Below, piece by piece: positions 45,169 to 52,252 of a stretch of 64,000 nucleotides of DNA. The translations under genes were made by a program, and so were the position numbers. The notes below the pieces were generated by a model that was given only the letters and a program-made list of their open reading frames with translations, searched no databases and had not been told where the DNA came from. Position 1 is the first letter of the stretch; each line of letters opens with the position of its first letter. The DNA comes from an uncultured archaeon. Its GTDB lineage: Archaea; Aenigmatarchaeota; Aenigmatarchaeia; CG10238-14; SCSR01. The stretch spans positions 54,275-118,274 of the forward strand of contig CAZICS010000001.1 in the NCBI GenBank assembly GCA_964537835.1, written 5' to 3'.

Positions 45169-45179
45169 TCAAAAACACT

Positions 45180-45197
45180 TTGTACGCTAGCGTACAA
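45180..45197. promoter_or_regulatory. Perfect 18-bp palindrome, candidate operator of the giant gene
   Basis: TTGTACGCT-AGCGTACAA lies 11 nt upstream of the giant ATG, next to the 10-bp palindrome ACAGATCTGT (45197-45206). A minus-strand TATA-like TTTATTAA is at 45214-45221. Confidence 0.6.
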
Positions 45198-45230
45198 CAG
45201 ATCTGTATAGATCTTAATAAAGAAAATGTT

Positions 45231-45734
45231 TGTCGACGGTGATAAACCTAAGCTTTAACAAAAATTTCGAAAGTTCCGACACTTCGAAGGTTAAAAAAAT
45301 TGTCGAAAGTTACTTTAAAATACCAAAAAGTTCAAAATTATTATGATGTTGAAAGGTTTTTTGAACAAGAAAACTCAGGAAGAAAGTGTCGAAAATATAA
45401 TTAAGAGGCTTGACATGCAATACGCTCATCTAGCTTTAGAGTTTGAAAAAATTAAGCTCTTGAACGAAAAAATCGAAAAATTGAATTCAAAGATTAGAGA
45501 GATTGAGGAAATGATTTCTCGTGGTATCAAGTTTCAGTCGAGAAGTGTGTCGACAAGAACAAAAGAAGCAATTAAACTAATCCTTAAAAAATATGGAGAG
45601 TTGACTTCTGAGCAACTAAGCAAAATACTTAAACTGTCGAGAACGAGGTGTAACGAGTACCTGAAAGAGATGGAAGAAGAGGGAATAGCCAAGTCAAGAA
45701 TTTTCTGTCGAAAAAAGCTATATTCTCTTCGACA
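45231..45734. repeat. Cluster of TGTCGA motifs spanning the intergenic region and the HTH gene
   Basis: TGTCGA at 45231, 45301, 45387, 45548, 45635 and 45706; reverse copy TCGACA at 45729; variants at ~45265, 45275, 45282, 45471 and 45536. Confidence 0.65.
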
Positions 45735-45738
45735 GTAA
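45343..45738 (+). CDS. Coiled-coil plus C-terminal winged-HTH DNA-binding protein, divergent from the giant gene
   Basis: IKLILKKYGELTSEQLSKILKLSRTRCNEYLKEMEEEGIA is a wHTH pattern, preceded by N-terminal heptads. Confidence 0.85.
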   Translation: MMLKGFLNKKTQEESVENIIKRLDMQYAHLALEFEKIKLLNEKIEKLNSKIREIEEMISRGIKFQSRSVSTRTKEAIKLILKKYGELTSEQLSKILKLSRTRCNEYLKEMEEEGIAKSRIFCRKKLYSLRQ

Positions 45739-45773
45739 GTTTTTTTCTCAAATTTAAAAGTTTAAAACTTAGT

Positions 45774-46574
45774 ATGAAAAATATGAACAGGTTAAAGGTA
45801 TGGGTAAAAGGAATGAAATTACTAAGGGCTTTTTATGGTATTTTGCTTGCATTGTTGGGTGCTTATCTTACAAACAATCTCGACTTTTTCATTCTATTTA
45901 AAGTACTAGCTGTTTTCTTTGCTTGGGAATATACTGTAGTTTTAAACAATATTTATGATCTGGAAATAGATAAACTTGCTAAGAATGAAAATCCGTTTCT
46001 GCTTAAGCTAATCGAAAAAGAGGAATACCTTAAACTCGGTATTACGATGGGATTAATAGCTATAGTTTTCTCCTTTTTTCCTTCAATGATGGTAACACTT
46101 TTAATTTTGCTTGCACTTTTTCTAGGAACCATTTATTCTGTGCCTCCTTTAAGACTTAGAAGATATCCCTTAACCTCTTGTTTCATTGCTATAGGTAGTG
46201 TGATTTCATTAATGATAGGTATGCTCCCTTGCGAGCTATATAATTATGCAATTCTCTTTTTAGTTATTTTCTTTAGTGTTTCTATAGGTACTTTAATAAG
46301 AGATTTGGAGAGCTACGAGGCTGATAAAAAAGCTGGAGTTAAAACGATATTTACTTTGCTAGGAAAAGAAGAGGGGAAAAAGGTAGTTTCATCTCTCTTA
46401 TTTCTCTCTTTCCTTCCACCTATCTTGCTTTTTCAAAAAATATTCTTTCTCTTCATTTTAGGAGGATTCTTCTCTTCCCTCCTTTTTTTCAAAACTGAAA
46501 ATTATAGGTTAGTTATGCTCATAGTCATGGGATTGTTCATAGTATGTGCCCTTCAACTGAAAGGCCTTTTTTAA
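45774..46574 (+). CDS. UbiA-family prenyltransferase
   Basis: Polytopic membrane protein with NNIYDLEID, YSVPPLRLRR and RDLESYEADKKAGVKT motifs. Confidence 0.85.
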   Translation: MKNMNRLKVWVKGMKLLRAFYGILLALLGAYLTNNLDFFILFKVLAVFFAWEYTVVLNNIYDLEIDKLAKNENPFLLKLIEKEEYLKLGITMGLIAIVFSFFPSMMVTLLILLALFLGTIYSVPPLRLRRYPLTSCFIAIGSVISLMIGMLPCELYNYAILFLVIFFSVSIGTLIRDLESYEADKKAGVKTIFTLLGKEEGKKVVSSLLFLSFLPPILLFQKIFFLFILGGFFSSLLFFKTENYRLVMLIVMGLFIVCALQLKGLF

Positions 46575-46633
46575 AGGTTTTTACAAAGTTACTCATCAAT
46601 AAAAATTTAACTTAAATTTTTGAAAACTAAATT

Positions 46634-47758
46634 ATGCAATTTATTTCAAGAATTCAGAAGCTGATAGCTTCCCTTGAAAAGGAAAGGTTCAGTATTTTTT
46701 CAATTTTTTGGCTAGTTGTGATAATAGGTATAGTAAGAGCCTATGTAGAAGAAATTTGTTTTACTGGTAATATCAGCATTTGGTCTCTTAATGAAAATGA
46801 TATAATGACCTCCCTTGCCGCCTTCTTTGGATGTACTTTCTTAGTTTCAATCTTTTCGAAAGAAAGGATCAAAAAAGTATGGAATGCTACGATATTATTC
46901 TGGCCTATCTTTATTTCCCCTCCTATAATAGACTATTTATTCTTCGGTGGTTGTTCCCGATTTTCTTATGAATTTGTTTTTTTGAATAAGGTTGATTTAA
47001 CCCTCTTATTCCCGCCCTTATATTTTATTCAAGCTGGTGTATCGCCAGGACTTGTAATAGAATATATAGCTGTTATTTTGGCTCTGGTGTATGTTTATAT
47101 AAAATCTCACTCAATAAAAAGAACTTCCCTTTTCTACATTTTTTTAAATATTCCTGGATACTTGCTAGTAATTCATCCTCTCCCTCTCTTAGCAAACTTC
47201 GATATAGTATGGCAACTTAAAGCGTTGCCCTTTGCCTATGAATGGTATTATTTTCTGTTTACAGGGTCTTCTCTCTTAATTTTTATCTTTAATAGGAAGA
47301 AGTTAAAAATTCCAAGAAAAATCATAATCTTTCTCATCCCATTAACAATCTTCTATGCACTTGGGGTATTCCTTTCCTTTTACCAGTCTCCTAAACCTTT
47401 TTCCCAACTTCTCAAATTTTCTACTTCCTTTTTCCCATTTTTAGCTTTTTTCTTACTCCAAGAACCCTCTAAACTGAAAAAGGATATAGCATTTATATGC
47501 TTATCTTTCTCTCCTTTCCTATCCTTATATTTAAAGAATATCTATGTAACAACTCTTTCTACTATCCTATCACTTTTGGTTTTTCTTTGGTATAAGCTTA
47601 GAAAATTCCCCAGAATTTTCCTTACAATTCTCCTTACATCTTCTTTCTTTTTTGGATACTTTGCTTATGGTTCGATTAATCCCATAAACAAATTTTTCTT
47701 TGTTTTTCCATTATTAGGGGTTATTTCTTTTATAATAACTATTTTAGCAAAACCCTAA
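46634..47758 (+). CDS. Polytopic membrane protein of unknown function
   Basis: 374-aa ORF with many hydrophobic segments and no catalytic motif I recognise. Confidence 0.75.
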   Translation: MQFISRIQKLIASLEKERFSIFSIFWLVVIIGIVRAYVEEICFTGNISIWSLNENDIMTSLAAFFGCTFLVSIFSKERIKKVWNATILFWPIFISPPIIDYLFFGGCSRFSYEFVFLNKVDLTLLFPPLYFIQAGVSPGLVIEYIAVILALVYVYIKSHSIKRTSLFYIFLNIPGYLLVIHPLPLLANFDIVWQLKALPFAYEWYYFLFTGSSLLIFIFNRKKLKIPRKIIIFLIPLTIFYALGVFLSFYQSPKPFSQLLKFSTSFFPFLAFFLLQEPSKLKKDIAFICLSFSPFLSLYLKNIYVTTLSTILSLLVFLWYKLRKFPRIFLTILLTSSFFFGYFAYGSINPINKFFFVFPLLGVISFIITILAKP

Positions 47759-47761
47759 AAA

Positions 47762-48907
47762 TTAAATCGTTTTTTCACTCAATTCTATCCCCTTTTTCAC
47801 AATCCAAAAATCTTTAATTTTAAGAAAGAACTTAGGTTTTAAAAGGAATTTTAGGAATATTTCAAGGTAAGAAACTTTTCTCCAATCTTTCTCGCTATAA
47901 ACATATCCAATAAAATTTAATTCTTCATTCTTGAATGAATAAAATATCTCACCAGCTTTTTTAAGAATGGGATTGCAAAAAGGACTGTTTCTAAGTTTAT
48001 CCTCATATTCTTTCAACAAGGAAATATCATCAAACTCAAAAGTTTTACAAATGGTTTCTCCAGCTAGTTTACCACTAAATAAAGCAGCATGGATACCCCC
48101 TCCAAATAGGGGATTGGTTAAACCTGCAGCATCACCAACAATTAGAGCAGATTGTTTTACAAAATTTTTTAATGTATAGTTTTTTGGTATAATTCCAGCA
48201 TTCACAGATATTTTTTTATTAAGGTCAAAGCCATTGGATTTACAAAAATCATCCAACCATTTTCCAATATTTCCAATCCCACCAACACCTACATTAAATT
48301 CATCTCCTCTAGGAAATACCCATGCATACCCGTTTTTGAATCTGGCATTTAGAAACATACACAAAAATTCATTTTCTGGGAAGCTGGATGATTTAAATTT
48401 ATATTGAATAGCTGTAACAAATTCTTTTTTTCTTAAGAGATTAAGCCAAGATGCTATATTAGCTTCTGGACCGTCTGCTCCTACTAAAATATGAGATTTG
48501 AAGATTCCTCTGTCCGTTTTTACATGCCACAATTTTTTCTTTCTAATTCCGCTTGCATTTGTTTTTAAAAGAAGTTTGCACCCATAGTCAATCGCTTCTT
48601 TAATTAGCCACTGGTCAAATTTAGCACGGTCTATTGAGTAGGATTTAGTGAAGGAAAAAAAGAAGTTACCATCCGGGACAAAAATTTTAATACCTTTATG
48701 CTTTTTTTTAACCCATTCTTTACATGGTTTTAATTTACTGTTTTTTAAGCCAAACTTGCTTATCACTTCACCACATTGAATAGGGTACCCCACTTTCTTT
48801 TTTTTATCTATAACTAAAACAGAATACCCTTTCTTAGAAAGGATTCTAGCTGTCATTCCTCCTGCAGGACCCGCCCCTACTATTATTACATCGTATATCA
48901 TAATCAA
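47762..48907 (-). CDS. Geranylgeranyl reductase family FAD-dependent oxidoreductase (DGGGPL reductase-like)
   Basis: DVIIVGAGPAG, CGE, IDRAKFDQWL, GADG, GYAWVFP and VGDAAGLTNPLFGGGI motifs. Confidence 0.9.
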   Translation of the reverse strand: MIMIYDVIIVGAGPAGGMTARILSKKGYSVLVIDKKKKVGYPIQCGEVISKFGLKNSKLKPCKEWVKKKHKGIKIFVPDGNFFFSFTKSYSIDRAKFDQWLIKEAIDYGCKLLLKTNASGIRKKKLWHVKTDRGIFKSHILVGADGPEANIASWLNLLRKKEFVTAIQYKFKSSSFPENEFLCMFLNARFKNGYAWVFPRGDEFNVGVGGIGNIGKWLDDFCKSNGFDLNKKISVNAGIIPKNYTLKNFVKQSALIVGDAAGLTNPLFGGGIHAALFSGKLAGETICKTFEFDDISLLKEYEDKLRNSPFCNPILKKAGEIFYSFKNEELNFIGYVYSEKDWRKVSYLEIFLKFLLKPKFFLKIKDFWIVKKGIELSEKTI

Positions 48908-48955
48908 ATACTCGGCTTTTCTAGAAATAAAAATTTAAATGTTAACTTTCTATAA

Positions 48956-49567
48956 ATGAAGGGAAAAATGAAATCAGAAAGATTTCTCATAGAAGCTCTA
49001 TATATCCTGGTTAACACACCTGAAAAAAGAGAAAAAGCAGTAAGTATGCTTAGGAGTATACAAGATTTTTTCTTGAAAAATAAATTTCATTATTCTATTG
49101 GTAGGATTTTAAGCAATTTTACTCTATCTCACCAAATACTTTCTTTTAAAGAAATGGAATCTTTGATAGAAAATGCTGAAGAAATAGTGATAACTTATTG
49201 TTCTTGTCAAGATTATAGTATAAAAGAGCTTTATGATGGAAGAAAAGAGTTTTATTTCAGTTGGGATGAAGATAGTATCGAGAAATTGAAGAAAATGGTA
49301 AGGCCAAGTATACATTATTGCTTTGAAAAGGGCGGTCTTGCTCCTTTTGTTAAAAAATTCTGGAATGATTGGATAGAGTTAGATAAAAAAGAAGCATTAG
49401 ATTTATGCAAGATTTATAAGGAGCATGGAGCTTTATTTACTTCTACAAGAATAAATCCACTTAAAAGGCCTGTAGGAGGAATATGTACATGCTTCAACTT
49501 GTACAATACCTGCATAAACCTTAGGCAACACTTACTAAAACTAGGTAAGGTAGAATTTCCTGAATGA
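48956..49567 (+). CDS. Cys-motif protein, putative Fe-S or metal-binding
   Basis: CSC, C and ICTC...C arrangement resembles the CxC...C...ICNC domain that accompanies ferredoxin/flavoprotein modules. Confidence 0.6.
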   Translation: MKGKMKSERFLIEALYILVNTPEKREKAVSMLRSIQDFFLKNKFHYSIGRILSNFTLSHQILSFKEMESLIENAEEIVITYCSCQDYSIKELYDGRKEFYFSWDEDSIEKLKKMVRPSIHYCFEKGGLAPFVKKFWNDWIELDKKEALDLCKIYKEHGALFTSTRINPLKRPVGGICTCFNLYNTCINLRQHLLKLGKVEFPE

Positions 49568-49597
49568 TATAAAAATTTTTGTGAACAAAAATTAAAT

Positions 49598-50014
49598 ATG
49601 GTTAAAAGATTTTTGATTACAATTATTTTGTTAATAGCCTTCTTTTTCTCCCTCTTCTTAATTTCTTATAAAAAATCATTCACAGGTTATCAAGTATCCT
49701 CAGGATTTTACATAACCCTAGATTCTATTGGGTTTATGATTTTTGGAGGTATAATAGTGCTCAGTGTTTTGATGGGAAAGTTTAAGAGAGATATTTTTAT
49801 TTTCACTTCTGGCGCAATTTTAGGATTTTTAGTAGAATGGTATGGTATCTCAAGAGAAATTTGGTCCTATCCTCATGGTCAACAACTCCCACCCCTTCTT
49901 ATGATATTGGCATGGGGTGTTGTAACCCTCTCAAGCTACCATTTATCCTTAATTTTGAGAACAGCTACTAAGAAGCTTTTAAAAATAATCAAAAAATCAA
50001 AGGAAAAGGGATAG
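49598..50014 (+). CDS. Small membrane protein, DUF2878/CruF-like
   Basis: About four TM segments with GFLVEWYGISREIWSY...PLLMILAWG. Confidence 0.6.
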   Translation: MVKRFLITIILLIAFFFSLFLISYKKSFTGYQVSSGFYITLDSIGFMIFGGIIVLSVLMGKFKRDIFIFTSGAILGFLVEWYGISREIWSYPHGQQLPPLLMILAWGVVTLSSYHLSLILRTATKKLLKIIKKSKEKG

Positions 50015-50902
50015 TGCAGTAAAGAGTAGTGGATATCTGGTCATCATAAACCAAATTCGCATCTTTGGAGCGTATTTTTTAGCTGCTTCTTCCAAATCTT
50101 TCCCCTTATTAACAAGATAAACTTCTTTAGATGCATGAGATATACCTAAAGATAGAATAATGAGCATCAGATAAGAAATGCTTGAAAGTGATTTAGCCCC
50201 GAATAAAAAAGGTGCCAAGCAAAGAAAACCTGCGGTTGAAAAAAGAAATGCTAGCAATAAAGTTTTTTTCAGTCCAAAAACATGGGCCCATGTTTTTATC
50301 CCCTCTTCCCTATCTTCAGAATAATCTTCACAAGTATTTACCAAGGTAAAACCTTCGTTCATCAGAGCATATCCGGCAACAAAGAGTAAAAAGTGAAGAG
50401 GTAATGAATAATTAAAAAGAAACCAGCCTGCTAGAATGGGTAGGGTATAGAGACCAACGAGCACAGGAACTGGGCTAAGTATACCTCTTTTTTTAATCCT
50501 AAGAGGTTCCATCGAATAGGATATACCAAAAAATAAGCCTAGGATTGAAAGTAGTGCTGTGATAAAGTAACCTCCTTGAAATAGATATGCAATTAAAAAA
50601 GAAATTAAGAGGAGTTCCAAAACTAAAATTATCTTAACATTTTTAATTCCCATCGATTTTACCGCATTACTCAAATAAGTTTTGTACTTCCCATCTACTT
50701 TCAAATCACAAAGGCAATTTAAATTGCAGGAGAAGGTTAGTATGGTAAAGAATAGAACTATGTAAGCAAGAATATATTGGCTAAGAAGCATTTCTAAACT
50801 AGTAATCCCTAAGAGTATGCCTAAGACTGCTGTTGGTAATGAAGCGATTTGAATGTTTGCTCTGCTAATTTTTAAAAAATTTAAAATGAATTTTTTGACC
50901 AT
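49997..50902 (-). CDS. Second UbiA-family prenyltransferase
   Basis: SRAN N-terminus, NLNCLCDLKVD, YSMEPLRIKKR and NTCEDYSEDREEGIKT motifs, with multiple TMs. Confidence 0.85.
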   Translation of the reverse strand: MVKKFILNFLKISRANIQIASLPTAVLGILLGITSLEMLLSQYILAYIVLFFTILTFSCNLNCLCDLKVDGKYKTYLSNAVKSMGIKNVKIILVLELLLISFLIAYLFQGGYFITALLSILGLFFGISYSMEPLRIKKRGILSPVPVLVGLYTLPILAGWFLFNYSLPLHFLLFVAGYALMNEGFTLVNTCEDYSEDREEGIKTWAHVFGLKKTLLLAFLFSTAGFLCLAPFLFGAKSLSSISYLMLIILSLGISHASKEVYLVNKGKDLEEAAKKYAPKMRIWFMMTRYPLLFTALSLFL

Positions 50903-50939
50903 GTAACATAAATAATTAGCTTAAATTTTAAAAGTCTTT

Positions 50940-52208
50940 TTATCTTTTTGCCAATTCTGTAAAAACTCTTGCCTTAAAATCTGAAATTATGCTCATTAAA
51001 TTCACAAACCCATCTTGAGGGGTAGGAAAGCAAGAAAAGTATTTATGCACATCACCATCTTTCCACCATTTAGTGCAGCAGTAATATAAATGGTCGCTTA
51101 TTTGCAATAACCTCCATATCCTGAGCAGTTGAGTATCTCCAAGCCTTTTAACAGCTTTCTCTAAATTCTTTATTTCCTCAAAGCAAACTTGTTGCATTCT
51201 ATTACCAAGCCAGGCGGAAACATCTCTTTCCATATCCGCCCAAGAGACTGTACTTAACTCAAAAACATCTATTTCTCCAGCAGGTTCATATTTTTGAATT
51301 ATCTCGCTAGGCAAGCAAAATTCCAAATTCTCATATTTCAAAACTTCTCTTGGTAAAGCTCTTAGGAACCAAAATATTCCAGATTCTGGCCATTGATGTT
51401 CCCCAAAAGTTTCATAATCCATATACAAATTTATACACTGACCAGGAGTTGCAGCAAGCCATGCAGCAAATTTATCAGCAGTCAAAGGCCATTCATTCCA
51501 ATCTTTTGCTGAAAAGCGATAGCCGATATCATCGCTTAGCCTATAATTTCTTAAAAGAACTCTTATTCTTTTTTCAGGTCTAGGATCGTTTGGGAAGCAA
51601 TACTTCCTTATATAAACATAATTTGGACTTCTCCATCCTAGAATTCTTTCTGTCCCTTCAGTAAAAATTGCTTTAAAGCCTAAATCTTCAACGATTTTGG
51701 CTATCACATTGTTGTAAATCATTTCTGTGTTAACAAAAACTTTGGGGGTGAAATTAAACAAGTCTTTCATAACTTGTCTATGCATGTTGACTTGCTCTAT
51801 GAATTCGCCTTTATCTTCAAACAAGCTTGCCAGAGAATGATAATAAGTTTCGCCTATTAGCTCAACGCACTTTGTTTCAACCAATTGCTTAAAGCTCTCA
51901 AGCAAATCTTTGTTATATCTTTCACATAACTCCAAGAAAACGCCGGTAATAGAATAACTTACTTTAAACTTTTTCTTCTCTTTCTTAAAGTTATCTATAA
52001 GTTCAAGAATTATTTGATTTGTTGGAAAATAGCATCTGTTGCAAACTCTATCAAAAATCCATTTGTCTAGGCCATGGTTAAAATAATGGTTAAAGATTTC
52101 TTTAGCAGATATATTTCCATTTGGCTGAAAAGTAGCAAGCCTAAAAGGCTGATGAACCTGGAAGTTTAAAGTTATGGAAGCCATTTCTCTCTTTTTAATT
52201 AATTTCAA
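50940..52208 (-). CDS. GH57 alpha-amylase-like glycoside hydrolase
   Basis: FQVHQP, ETYYHSL, NTEM (nucleophile), DYETFGEH (acid/base) and SDHLYY. The real start is probably the ATG of MASIT. Confidence 0.92.
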   Translation of the reverse strand: MKLIKKREMASITLNFQVHQPFRLATFQPNGNISAKEIFNHYFNHGLDKWIFDRVCNRCYFPTNQIILELIDNFKKEKKKFKVSYSITGVFLELCERYNKDLLESFKQLVETKCVELIGETYYHSLASLFEDKGEFIEQVNMHRQVMKDLFNFTPKVFVNTEMIYNNVIAKIVEDLGFKAIFTEGTERILGWRSPNYVYIRKYCFPNDPRPEKRIRVLLRNYRLSDDIGYRFSAKDWNEWPLTADKFAAWLAATPGQCINLYMDYETFGEHQWPESGIFWFLRALPREVLKYENLEFCLPSEIIQKYEPAGEIDVFELSTVSWADMERDVSAWLGNRMQQVCFEEIKNLEKAVKRLGDTQLLRIWRLLQISDHLYYCCTKWWKDGDVHKYFSCFPTPQDGFVNLMSIISDFKARVFTELAKR

Positions 52209-52252
52209 GTCTTATAAATAAATTTTTCTATCGAAGAAAACTAAGAAAAATT

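Noticed and set aside
43963..44442. Canonical mobile intein
   Set aside because: There is no homing endonuclease and no Cys/Ser/Thr at +1, so it is reported as a Hint domain instead.
44890..44974. HTH as a separate gene accidentally joined to the giant ORF
   Set aside because: There is no stop, frameshift signature or in-frame ATG between the HTH and the signal segment; the nearby TTG after the G-run is out of frame.
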